A DNA stretch of 63,931 bases, counting the filler, from Barthelona sp. PAP020 (Eukaryota), in assembly GCA_040182905.1 (NCBI GenBank). It is 6 parts of 6 records of this genome, joined end to end, with 100 filler letters (N's around TTAATTAATTAA, not from the genome) between each part and the next. Parts side by side here need not be neighbours in the genome. Positions count along the whole stretch, not along the records: positions 22,636 to 33,819 come from JARQWU010000382.1; positions 33,920 to 45,056 come from JARQWU010000383.1; 4 more parts are not named here. One strand, given 5' to 3'. A program made the translations under genes and the position numbers. Below are positions 31,620 through 41,844 of the stretch, piece by piece. The notes below the pieces were generated by a model. The model saw only the letters and a program-made list of their open reading frames with translations. It had not been told where the DNA came from and did no database searches. Each line of letters opens with the position of its first letter. Position 1 is the first letter of the stretch.

Positions 31620-32543
31620 ATGACCTTGCCTCATCAAAGAAGAGATTTCACTCAAACATCTCAAATGGAAAACAATTTAACCAATAATTATCAACAACAA
31701 CAACAACAACAACACGAAGAAATAGGACAACCCAATATCGTCAAACCCATTCCAGAAAATTTTCCCACAACATTAACTTCTAAAATTGTGGAATTAAGTT
31801 CAACAATTAATTATAATAACAACCCAAATGAACAATTCGCTCAATTTATTGATGACATGAATGTTCAATATCAAACAATGGGAAAGACAAGCGCATGGGA
31901 AATAGGAACTGAATTTAATCAATACATGATTGATTTCAACAGATATTTAACTGCAGCAGATCAGGTAATCGATGACATAGCAAAGAGAATCCATTCAACG
32001 TCATTGCAAAAAAAAATCAATAAACATCCAAAAGAAGTGTTCGAAAGATTAAACCCATGGTTTTTGCAACATTTAGACAGTCCTTATGTGAATTCAAAAT
32101 CTGCCAAACAACTTGGAAAGGAATTAGGTTTGACCAAACATCAAATATACACTTGGTTCACCAATAGAAGAACAAGATTCAAAAAAAACTATTATAAAGG
32201 AAATGAACATATTCCGATGGGTTGTCCTACACCATGGTTTTTAACTTCTCATGGAAACAATAATACAAACAGCAATTATAACAGTATGTCAAATGAAAAT
32301 AAAATTCCAGATTCCCCTCAACAAATGTTCAGCAATGGAAATCACAGCAACCAAAACCATGTTTTAACACTAAATTTGAACGAGACAAATGATAGCGTTA
32401 ATTCAACATATCAAAATCAACTTGGCTCATTTGCATTTTCAGACAATCAATGTTTTGGTTCAAATGGCGAAATTTCACCAATTCAAAGAATGGAAGTTTT
32501 TAGTCCTGTTAGCTCAGTAAGTTCAAATGGATTGTTCCTTTAA
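31620..32543 (+). CDS. TALE-class homeodomain transcription factor
   Basis: LNPWFLQHLDSPYV (three-residue loop extension) ..GLTKHQIYTWFTNRRTR; upstream EFNQYMIDF resembles KNOX2/MEINOX ELDQFM; poly-Q at 31692-31712; start may be ATG 31665. Confidence 0.9.
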   Translation: MTLPHQRRDFTQTSQMENNLTNNYQQQQQQQHEEIGQPNIVKPIPENFPTTLTSKIVELSSTINYNNNPNEQFAQFIDDMNVQYQTMGKTSAWEIGTEFNQYMIDFNRYLTAADQVIDDIAKRIHSTSLQKKINKHPKEVFERLNPWFLQHLDSPYVNSKSAKQLGKELGLTKHQIYTWFTNRRTRFKKNYYKGNEHIPMGCPTPWFLTSHGNNNTNSNYNSMSNENKIPDSPQQMFSNGNHSNQNHVLTLNLNETNDSVNSTYQNQLGSFAFSDNQCFGSNGEISPIQRMEVFSPVSSVSSNGLFL

Positions 32544-32821
32544 TTGCCATTATAACATTGATAGTCAAATTTTAAAAAATTATGAAGTTTCAGAATGCCA
32601 ATAATTTTGTAAATAAATACATGTACATTTTTTTAAAAAAACAAAAAGGCAGTTATTGAAAGATAATTACATTGTTAAAAAAATTCATTTCTTCTTTCCT
32701 CTTGAAAATATGACATTTTTCACTGATTAAAATATTATTTAATATTACTGATAAAACATATTTGAAGATAAAATTCGCATACTGTTAACTTCAACTTAAT
32801 TGCCATCAAATCAACTTTAAA

Positions 32822-32903
32822 AATAATACTGAATACAACTGAATAATAACTGAATAACTTGATAAATAACTGATTTAATAACTGAATTAATAACTGAATT
32901 AAT
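32822..32903. repeat. Degenerate tandem repeat of ~10-12 nt (AATAACTGAATT)
   Basis: ACTGA recurs at 32828, 32838, 32849, 32869, 32881, 32893. Confidence 0.8.
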
Positions 32904-33516
32904 AAACAAATAAATAATTACATTAAAACAGAAGAATCTTCTTTGCAAGAAAACAAGAAAAATATTTTTCTTCTTTAAATGCTGATACACTCAACTGAAA
33001 AACATATTTTTGTCATATTAAACATAAATACATATATGAAACTGTTAAATATTGAGGAATAGAATGAGTGAAATATCTTATGAATGAATGCAAGGTCGAG
33101 CACGCAAATATATCAAATAAATTTGAAATATTTGAAAAATAATAACAATTATAACAATAATCGTTATTATAAAAAACAAGAACAAAATTATTTTGTAATT
33201 GAATACAAAAAGATTTTTCTTGAACCAAAATAACAGTTAGAGTATTATCAAATTACTTACATATTTTTTAAAATTGTCAATATTAATAAAAGAATGTGAA
33301 TATGAAATAACAATTGAATTAAAGCTTTAAAAAATGGCACCAATAGAAAACGAAAAAAGTTCCATCAAAAAAAAAATCAACATTTTTTCAATTTTCAAAT
33401 TCTTTCAATCATTAGAAGTCCATGCTGAAATCAAAAAATGAATTGTTTTCAATTATATTTCCAGGAGAAACAATAAATACCGAACAAAAATAATCACATA
33501 CATTTATTTAAAAAAA

Positions 33517-33819
33517 TCAATCCACTCTTTCATAAAGATATATGTATCCCTTATTAAATTGAGGATTTGGAGCAATTGCAACTTTTCTATCATTGAAAAG
33601 GATCCATTTTTCCTCTCCATCAATTTCTTTCAAAAGATGACAAATATAATGGCCTGTGTAGGCTGTAGCACCTTTATGTGTGATCATACCCTTAAGTCTG
33701 TACTTTTTCGAACAATTTTTAGTTTCTTCCAACCTTTGTTCAAAATTGACGGGTAGTTCACTTGGATCAGGCATTTGTGGAATGATGTCACCAGACAAAA
33801 GTAAATTTAAAGCACTGTC
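33517..33819 (-). CDS. Ubiquitin C-terminal hydrolase (USP5/Ubp14-like), C-terminal fragment
   Basis: YRLKGMITHKGATAYTGHYICH..WILFNDRKV..GYIYLYERV His-box; 5' cut by spacer. Confidence 0.85.
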   Translation of the reverse strand, partial: DSALNLLLSGDIIPQMPDPSELPVNFEQRLEETKNCSKKYRLKGMITHKGATAYTGHYICHLLKEIDGEEKWILFNDRKVAIAPNPQFNKGYIYLYERVD

Positions 33820-33919
33820 NNNNNNNNNNNNNNNNNNNNNNNNNNNNNNNNNNNNNNNNNNNNTTAATTAATTAANNNNNNNNNNNNNNNNNNNNNNNNN
33901 NNNNNNNNNNNNNNNNNNN
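33820..33919. other. Artificial contig spacer
   Basis: N44-TTAATTAATTAA-N44. Confidence 0.98.
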
Positions 33920-34252
33920 ACAGCTTGTTAAAATTAGAATCGCCTAGTAAGGTATTGTTCGTCCACAAGTTTCTCCTCTGTGTGGACCTGAAAGGATCAC
34001 AAAAACTGAGAAGTTCCTTTAAGGAACCTGGGACCCCTGAATTAATTTAAAGGAATCTGGTTTATTTTATTAACTAACGAATCAAATAATCCTGAGTACC
34101 AGCATCTCGGAATTGAAGGAATAACAAAAGGGGAAAAGTTCCCTCGGAAAAATAAAAAGCTGTTTGCGGAATTTAAAAAAATTTAGGCTGGAAAGAAAAT
34201 ATCACATTTTTTTCTATATTTGAAATTTTTCAGAAACAAGATAATTCGATTA

Positions 34253-37200
34253 ATGAATGACTTTTGGAATAATTTATTGAATGAAAAAGGCATTGAATAT
34301 TCTGAAAATCGATTATGTGGATTACTTTTTAATTTTTCCGAAAGTAAACCATTAGATGTGGACAAACAACGTCGATTGATTAAAATTGCCATAAAAGCGA
34401 ATTTTTGTAAAGTTTTACAGATATTTATAGATTTTGATTTTGATTTGACTAGTTGTGTTTCCTTATGTTTTTGTTATCAAAGATGGGAATGTTTGGATAT
34501 ATGTTTAAAATCTTTAAAATGGAAAGGAAACAAATCATATATTTTGCCATTTGAAAAAAATGAACTTGTATTTTATGGAAATCCTTTTAACATAGATATT
34601 AATCCTTGTACACAATTACAAACGTATATCATTTGTTATTCAAAACAAAGGCTGAATATTTTTAGTGTTGATTTTGAAGGACGCCTCTATTGCAATAAAC
34701 ATGAAATTATGTTGTTGAAACATAATAAACCTGTCTTTTATTATGATCTTGAAAGATATTTAACCGTGAATGATTTCAAAACATTGTATATATTTGATCT
34801 AGAAGCGGGAGATTTTTTAAAGCCTTATGTTATAAATCTTTATGATGCTAAAAATGACATTATGGTGAACATTAAACATATCAGTATTGGTCAAATGCTA
34901 GATTTAATGTTATGTGTTTGTGAAGGTGTTTTATGTAAAATTTGCGTTAATGAGAAGAAATTTGAAGATATTTTTGTTCCTATTGATATTGGAGATGAAG
35001 TGGGGGAAATATTGATGGGTAAATTTGTCAGTTCTTTTGAGTATTTGATCTTTTGTGAATATGGGATGTATATTCTAGATTTTGAAGCAAATAACATGCT
35101 TGACATTTTTTCTAATCGACAATTCAATGAAGATCAGTTTTCTAACTTCCATTTATGTAGTGATAATAGACATTGCATATTGATGACCGGCAAAAATGAG
35201 ATCTCCATTTTTGATTATCGGCTAAAGATGTGTGAAGAGAAGTATTTTGCTCGAGGAGTTTCTCATATTATCAGCAATAATGAGTGTGATAAGTATATCT
35301 TACTATTTGAAGATAATACACTTGATTTCTTTGAATTTGATGATAAAAATGAGGGTATTGTTATAAAAGAGATATATGAAGGTTTTTCAAAGGATGCAAA
35401 TATTTCTCGAATGTTTATAACGAAAGATAACGAACAGTTATTTTTTATGTATAGTACTTTTGAAACTTTTTTTGATGTGAATCGAATTTTTTATATTTTG
35501 AACATCTGTACTCAATCAAATGTTGATTTAATGCTTAATGATGGATTAAAACACATGTACAATTTTTATTGTCAGCAAGGTGATCAACAAACTTTCAAAT
35601 CAAACATAAAATTGTTGTTTAATTTTTTAAGAGAATGTAACTTTCAAATTTCGGCCAAAAATGAGGAGATTTTTGACAAGAATATACCCTTTTTTATTCT
35701 ATGTGAAGATGAAAAAGTTATTTTATGGTATTTAGATGTAAATAATCAAAATATTGAAAGTTTGATCAATAATTATGAGAAATGTTTTGACAATGTCATT
35801 GAAAAGCATTTGGAAAAAATAATTGTTGATTTTTCGAAGCAAATTAAAAAAATTCCAAAATTGGTTAAATTTATGAAGGATCCAACCCCTTGCATTCAAT
35901 GGTTTGTAGAACATTTTGGATTTTTTGAAAAATCTGAGATGATTGAAATTTCTGATGAATTGACTTTGCAATTTCGCTATGAAATAAGTAAGAATGAAAA
36001 TTTTGACTTTTGGAAGATCGATTCACCTGTTTTTTTGGAATGCTATCCCAAAATTAAACAATGGTATTTTGACAGCAATGATATTAAAAAGGATTTGGCA
36101 GATTATAGAGAATTACTAGATAATGAACTAAACAATTGTGATGATCAATTTTTTAAAGATTATGTTGAATGCATGTTTAATAAAGAATTTTTTCAAATGT
36201 TTAAACCAATTGAAATTGAAGAATTTTTGGGATTGTATCATCTGATACCCAAATATTTTTCCAACATTTTAAATGTTTTTTGGTCCTCAATCGATGGTTT
36301 AGCACTCAATAAAGATTCCAAATGGTCTGTGAATGAAATTAAAATATTATTGTATCAAAAATTTTCCAACCTTTTATCCATGTTTGGATTTTTTGCTATT
36401 CCTTCTTATTTTTTTTTGTCTGTCTATGATTGGATAAAGAATCATTTGATAAATCATGATGAAATCAGTTTGGAATGTTTCTTTGAGCATTTTTTTATGT
36501 TATCAAATGAAAAAAATGTGAACCATCAGCAGTTTTCAGAATTTCAAATGTTTTTGATATCTGATGATTTTTCAATTTTGTTTGAAAATTATGGTTCATT
36601 GGTGAAAAGAGTCTTTTTATTGGACAAGTATTCGGATTTAAATGAAGTAAAAAAGCCCAATGAAGTTTTGAGTTTTCTTCATTTGATTGAAGAAGAAAAA
36701 GATGAAATGAAATGTTTTGACATATTTTTACAAATTTTTCGTGAAAAACAAAATTTTTCAGAAATTTTTTTGAATGAATGTTTGACGGATGAAAGATTTT
36801 GTTTTCTTGCAAACACAAATTCAAAAATTGTAAAACAATGTCGTGCTGAAATTATTGTTTGGTATAATTTGCTTAAAGATAAAAAAAATGCAACTCTTGA
36901 TAATTTTATTTCCTTTTGTGATGAAAAACTTCTTGATGCCTCAGAAGTCTTCCTCAGTTGTTATAAATATTTTCTAAATTTCGAGGTTTTTGGTTTGGAC
37001 GAATTCCTTCTTATTTTGAGACGTTTTTCCTGTTGTTCGAACAATTCAAAATATTCAAAAAATTGCTTGGAAATATTTTTGATCAAAGAAAAAGATAAAT
37101 TCCAAAATGTTTGTTTGAATATTTTCAATAATGTTAATGTGACTGCAAATAAAACTGATTCTGACACTCAACAATTATTACATATTATTGATTGTGTTTA

Positions 37201-37621
37201 TCCTGAATTTTTAAAAGAACTTTCTCAGAAAGAAAATTATCGAAAATTTTCCAATTTTGCTTTAGAAAATAAGCAATTCTTTTTGCCCCGTCAAAATCAT
37301 TTTAAAAATTGTTGGGAAAGTGAATACAAAGTGAAAATAAACAAATTCAAAGCATTGCTAATTAATTTGTGCACTGAAGGCTTTGAAAAAATTCAATTCA
37401 CAGATATTCCAAAAGGTTTGAACTATGTAGAGTTTTTTAACAATTTTGACAGCTTTTCCAATGATTCTGATTTTGGAAAATTTCAACTTGTTTTAGAAAA
37501 ATTGTTTCAATCTTTTCCCATTGATCCATATTTTGTCAATTTTTGTTTTCATTTTTTTCGACATCAAGTTTTTGTGAAAGCTTTTGAAATATTGTTGAAA
37601 AAGTTTCAACTTGTTGTTTGA
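34253..37621 (+). CDS. Large hypothetical protein (N-terminal beta-propeller-like region, helical C-terminus)
   Basis: ~1120-aa ORF; SDNRHCIL..ISIFD and TKDNEQLF propeller-like blades; first ATG 34253. Confidence 0.65.
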   Translation: MNDFWNNLLNEKGIEYSENRLCGLLFNFSESKPLDVDKQRRLIKIAIKANFCKVLQIFIDFDFDLTSCVSLCFCYQRWECLDICLKSLKWKGNKSYILPFEKNELVFYGNPFNIDINPCTQLQTYIICYSKQRLNIFSVDFEGRLYCNKHEIMLLKHNKPVFYYDLERYLTVNDFKTLYIFDLEAGDFLKPYVINLYDAKNDIMVNIKHISIGQMLDLMLCVCEGVLCKICVNEKKFEDIFVPIDIGDEVGEILMGKFVSSFEYLIFCEYGMYILDFEANNMLDIFSNRQFNEDQFSNFHLCSDNRHCILMTGKNEISIFDYRLKMCEEKYFARGVSHIISNNECDKYILLFEDNTLDFFEFDDKNEGIVIKEIYEGFSKDANISRMFITKDNEQLFFMYSTFETFFDVNRIFYILNICTQSNVDLMLNDGLKHMYNFYCQQGDQQTFKSNIKLLFNFLRECNFQISAKNEEIFDKNIPFFILCEDEKVILWYLDVNNQNIESLINNYEKCFDNVIEKHLEKIIVDFSKQIKKIPKLVKFMKDPTPCIQWFVEHFGFFEKSEMIEISDELTLQFRYEISKNENFDFWKIDSPVFLECYPKIKQWYFDSNDIKKDLADYRELLDNELNNCDDQFFKDYVECMFNKEFFQMFKPIEIEEFLGLYHLIPKYFSNILNVFWSSIDGLALNKDSKWSVNEIKILLYQKFSNLLSMFGFFAIPSYFFLSVYDWIKNHLINHDEISLECFFEHFFMLSNEKNVNHQQFSEFQMFLISDDFSILFENYGSLVKRVFLLDKYSDLNEVKKPNEVLSFLHLIEEEKDEMKCFDIFLQIFREKQNFSEIFLNECLTDERFCFLANTNSKIVKQCRAEIIVWYNLLKDKKNATLDNFISFCDEKLLDASEVFLSCYKYFLNFEVFGLDEFLLILRRFSCCSNNSKYSKNCLEIFLIKEKDKFQNVCLNIFNNVNVTANKTDSDTQQLLHIIDCVYPEFLKELSQKENYRKFSNFALENKQFFLPRQNHFKNCWESEYKVKINKFKALLINLCTEGFEKIQFTDIPKGLNYVEFFNNFDSFSNDSDFGKFQLVLEKLFQSFPIDPYFVNFCFHFFRHQVFVKAFEILLKKFQLVV

Positions 37622-37969
37622 AGGAGCCCGTTATCTTTTTCTTTCTTGTCATTTGTAATTGTTATACTGATCAAATCAATTTGGTATTGATTTTTGTCGA
37701 AATGATATGCCATACAATTTCAGTCATTTTTCCTTTTATTCGTTTCTTTTTTGTCTTTTGTTTTGACATAAATTATTTCACCTTTGTTTTTGTTTTTTTA
37801 GCAGTGTTGTATCTCAATTCCCAAGATTCCATTTTATTTAAAAGGTTAAATCCAAAAAATCGATCTTTTAACAAATCATTAAACATTGTTTTATTGTTTG
37901 TGTGGTTGAATAGGATAGATTAAAAAGAAAAAAAATCTTGCATTCTTTTTCAATTTTTTTTTTTTTGAA

Positions 37970-39676
37970 ATGTCAACCGAAGATTTTGGACTGATACCAG
38001 ATAATTCTGAAGGTGAAGTTGAAGTTGATAATACTTCATCCAAAGAAATTAGAATTGAAAGCGATGAAAGACAATTTGAAGAAGATAATTCATTTCTTGA
38101 TGTTTATGACCATATACAATATTTATGTTTTGGATTATTTTTTGTTTTATTTGGCATTACTTGTTTTTTAGCTGATCTTTTTAATGTATCGTATGGTGAT
38201 ACATTAGCTGGCAATATGGTAATTATGACTATTATATATGTCAGTGTATGTCTTATTTTAGCTGTTAATTTTGTGTTAGTTGTGTTTGAGGATATCAATT
38301 TTACCTATCCTTTGGTTGCTACATTTGCTATTGTATGTTCGTTTGCTCTATCAATGGTAGGATCTGTTCATCATGCAATAGCTTGGGACATTTTGATTGA
38401 TTCTTTTAATGGTTTATTTGCATTTTGTTTATTTATGCATTACTTTAAAAAAGGATTGTACTCCAAAGATCAATTGCCATTGTATGTTTTTAATGGTTGG
38501 ATTATTTATGGAATTTTGAACATTCAAAGTTTGGTTCGTGATGTATCAATTTTATTCAGTTCTGATGAAGTTTTGAATTATGATCGTATGTTTTCTTACA
38601 TTGCTTTTGTAATTTCAATGATTCATCCATTGTTGGCTGTTCAATTTGCACCTTTATTATTGACAATCAGTTTTTGTAGTTATCTTTGTGGTACTTATTT
38701 CAATCCAACATTGATTCCTTATGTCCTGTTTGTTTGTTTGCAATATTATAACAATAGAGAAGTTGATATGAATCCATTTGACATTACAAAGATTCATTTT
38801 TTTAGATTATTGAGGCAAAAGTACAGTGCACTTGTAGCCTGTATTGGTTTTGGTTCAGGTATTATCATCACATTTATTGCTGGACATGTGACAGAAAAAG
38901 GACAACCACCAGTCTTTTTATTTTTCTTCGGAATAATGGTGATGTTCTTTTCAAACATTTTATTAATATTGGGTTTGAACAGCCTTAAAAGTTATTCATA
39001 TCGTGATATTGTAATGGATCATTCTCAATCAATTTTATCTTTATTTGTGACTTTATTATGGTCAATTGTATGTTCTACCACAATTGAATATTGTAAAGTA
39101 GTGATTTGTGTTGTAGTTTTTGTGTTTTTATATTTTATTTTCTTTGCTTTATATGAAAGATCAAAGGAACAATCAGGTTTGTTGGAATCAAATGAAATGG
39201 GCACTTTTATTTACGATGTGATTCTTTACTTGGGTGCTATTGCTTTTTCTTCATTTGCTTTCAAATTTTATTACTATTTTTGGAGTGTACAAACTGTATT
39301 GTTTACTTTCTTGTGTGCAATTTCTTTACCAATGGCAATTCTTTTATCAATAGGCTTGTGTATTATGTTGTATTCAAATGAATTATTCGTAGATTTAGGG
39401 AAAAAATTCACTCTATATCCAATTTTGGGTTATTGTCCCGCATTGTTTGTGATTTCAATATTAATTTCAATTTTTTACAAATATTCTTTCAGTACTTTAC
39501 GAGTTCCATTTTGGCTTTATGTGTCAGGCGTCATTTCGATGGGTGCAATCATCACTTCTTACATCATTCTTTATCAATACAGATTAAAAGAATCTCTAAA
39601 ACCAAAAAAGAATTTACTTTTTGGCATTTGCGCAGGTATTATTGTTTTTGCATTGGCTTTTGGACTCTTTTATTGA
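37970..39676 (+). CDS. Polytopic membrane protein of unknown function
   Basis: 568 aa, acidic N-terminus then more than 12 hydrophobic segments. Confidence 0.75.
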   Translation: MSTEDFGLIPDNSEGEVEVDNTSSKEIRIESDERQFEEDNSFLDVYDHIQYLCFGLFFVLFGITCFLADLFNVSYGDTLAGNMVIMTIIYVSVCLILAVNFVLVVFEDINFTYPLVATFAIVCSFALSMVGSVHHAIAWDILIDSFNGLFAFCLFMHYFKKGLYSKDQLPLYVFNGWIIYGILNIQSLVRDVSILFSSDEVLNYDRMFSYIAFVISMIHPLLAVQFAPLLLTISFCSYLCGTYFNPTLIPYVLFVCLQYYNNREVDMNPFDITKIHFFRLLRQKYSALVACIGFGSGIIITFIAGHVTEKGQPPVFLFFFGIMVMFFSNILLILGLNSLKSYSYRDIVMDHSQSILSLFVTLLWSIVCSTTIEYCKVVICVVVFVFLYFIFFALYERSKEQSGLLESNEMGTFIYDVILYLGAIAFSSFAFKFYYYFWSVQTVLFTFLCAISLPMAILLSIGLCIMLYSNELFVDLGKKFTLYPILGYCPALFVISILISIFYKYSFSTLRVPFWLYVSGVISMGAIITSYIILYQYRLKESLKPKKNLLFGICAGIIVFALAFGLFY

Positions 39677-39944
39677 TTTCAATAAATTTTTTTACTTTTT
39701 TAATTTTTTATTTGTTTATGTCAATGTTTGTCTCATGATAAATTGACCATAAATTCCTTTTTTGAAAAAAAAGATCAAGAAGTGTCTGAAAATTCTTTAT
39801 TCTATTGTTTTTATTTGTATGTGTTTTTCATTTTTTAATTATTCAATAAATTTTAATAAATCGTGTGATTTCAACAAAGGAAGGATGAGGGAAAGAAAAA
39901 AAAGGAGAATTTTGGAAATTTTCATTTTGTTTTGTGTAAACGAA

Positions 39945-41645
39945 ATGTTCAATGTTTATAGAAAAGAAGAAAAACTTTATTTCGAAAATTTGACAGAAGA
40001 TATTCATTACGAATATGATTTTTTAAAAAATGAATTTCAAGTTTTGGAAGATATTGATATTACAAGTTTCCATTCACCAATTTTGCAATGTCATTATGTA
40101 GGTGGATTAATTCATGGAGTTACCAAAGATAATTTTTTGATGGTTGTGACGGAGTGTGAAAAAATTTGTCAATTAAACAATTCAAATATTTACAAAATTA
40201 TTGATTGCCAATTCATTTCCAATGTTAATCCCCCTTCTGCGTATGATTATAAATTATTGAATCAATTTAAGGAAATATTTTTGAAAAGTCGAGGAGATCT
40301 TTATTTTTCTCCAACATTAGACATTTCTCATGCGTTAGGTCATCCATTAAACGAATATTATGAGCAATTCAAATGGAATTTATCAATGCTGGAGGAAATA
40401 GGAGATGGTCCTACTATTTCGATTATTTGGGGTTTCATCGGTAGCATTATATTGGACGATGATATTCCTTTGATATTAATTGCTAGAAAATCGATTGGCC
40501 GAATCGGTACAAGGTTTTGGACTCGAGGTGTTGATATGAGTGGTTCCGTTGTTAATTTAGTTGAAACCGAAATAATTTTGGAAATGAAACACACAAAACA
40601 ATTGTACAGTTATCGTATTACACGAGGTTCTGTTCCTTTACCCTTTGAGCAGAGACCTTGTTTAAAAATCAAACCAGAATTGACTATTTTTGATAAACAC
40701 TTCGAAAAGTATGGAAAAGAATTAGAAATTGAGAATTATGAAACACCTGAGCCTTTTAAGAAACATTTCGAAGATTTGAGAAAGACAGCTACTAGAATAG
40801 TCGCAATCAATTTGTTGTCGACCAATTGGCAGGAAAGACAATTGTCTGAATGCTATAATCATTGTTTGGAAACAGAAAATATTGAACATATAATCTTCGA
40901 TTTGCATGGTATTTGTGGTTCAATGAATTATGAACGTCTTTCCGAGTTAGTCAAACAATTTCCGAAGGAAAGCTTCGAAAAATTCACAATATGTGATTTA
41001 AAATTGTTTCCTGTTGAACCTGAACAATCGATTCATTTCAGAGTTAATTGTATGGATTCATTAGATCGAACAAATGTTGTTGAAACTTTAATTTGTAAAG
41101 AATTTTTGAAAAAAAATAACATCAAGTTTGAGAAGAGTTTGGAAGATTTTTTAATTTTATGGACAGAACATGGCAATGTTTTGTCCACTCAATATGCTGG
41201 TTCAACAGCTTTGAAGAGTGATTTTACAAGAACTGGTAAAAGAAACCTTATGGGATTATTATTTGATGGTGGAAGAACAATCAAACGATTTGTATATCAA
41301 AATGCTTTGGATACAAACATACAAAACACAATGGATTTGTTTTCACGAAATTCCACATCTCAATGTTGTTGTTTCATCTTTCCTCCAGTTATCATCAAAT
41401 TTGTTTTCTTCTTAATTTTGCCATTGATGATTATTTTTGCAATTAATGGAACATCTATGAGTTTTAAAAAGTTAAAAACTGCTCTAATAATTGGTTTCAT
41501 TCTTTTATTATTGATTGCAAAGTTTTTTGGTCAAATTTTGGTTATTGATCCACATTTTTCCAAAAGTTATGAGGAAATTTCCCCTCTAACGGAAGCTAAC
41601 ACCACATGGTGGTATCGTCATAAAACTAAAAAAAGGATTTATTAG
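39945..41645 (+). CDS. SAC1: SAC1 phosphoinositide phosphatase
   Basis: GTRFWTRG, RGSVP, RVNCMDSLDRTNVV (CX5R), QYAGSTALKSDFTRTGKR, two C-terminal TMs; likely ATG 39945. Confidence 0.93.
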   Translation: MFNVYRKEEKLYFENLTEDIHYEYDFLKNEFQVLEDIDITSFHSPILQCHYVGGLIHGVTKDNFLMVVTECEKICQLNNSNIYKIIDCQFISNVNPPSAYDYKLLNQFKEIFLKSRGDLYFSPTLDISHALGHPLNEYYEQFKWNLSMLEEIGDGPTISIIWGFIGSIILDDDIPLILIARKSIGRIGTRFWTRGVDMSGSVVNLVETEIILEMKHTKQLYSYRITRGSVPLPFEQRPCLKIKPELTIFDKHFEKYGKELEIENYETPEPFKKHFEDLRKTATRIVAINLLSTNWQERQLSECYNHCLETENIEHIIFDLHGICGSMNYERLSELVKQFPKESFEKFTICDLKLFPVEPEQSIHFRVNCMDSLDRTNVVETLICKEFLKKNNIKFEKSLEDFLILWTEHGNVLSTQYAGSTALKSDFTRTGKRNLMGLLFDGGRTIKRFVYQNALDTNIQNTMDLFSRNSTSQCCCFIFPPVIIKFVFFLILPLMIIFAINGTSMSFKKLKTALIIGFILLLLIAKFFGQILVIDPHFSKSYEEISPLTEANTTWWYRHKTKKRIY

Positions 41646-41844
41646 AACTGCGAATTATTTTATAAATTTTTGTTTTTCATTTATTTATCGGTTTGTTTTG
41701 TAGTTATATATATTTTGTGAAACATTTCAATATTGTAATTTCTTAGAATTAAAACAGTCGAATAAAGTTGGTATACAATATTTTGGTATTTATTATTTAT
41801 AAGTATTTTGTTCGAATATAAGTAGCAATGTTATTTGTGAAAAT

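Noticed and set aside
32822..32903. CRISPR-like array
   Set aside because: Units are 10-12 nt and directly tandem with no unique spacers; eukaryotic context and no cas genes.
37618..37923. Short F/L/I-rich ORFs in T-rich intergenic DNA and the many antisense or nested 60-140 aa ORFs in the track
   Set aside because: Compositional artefacts or shadows of real genes; mostly non-ATG starts and no motifs.
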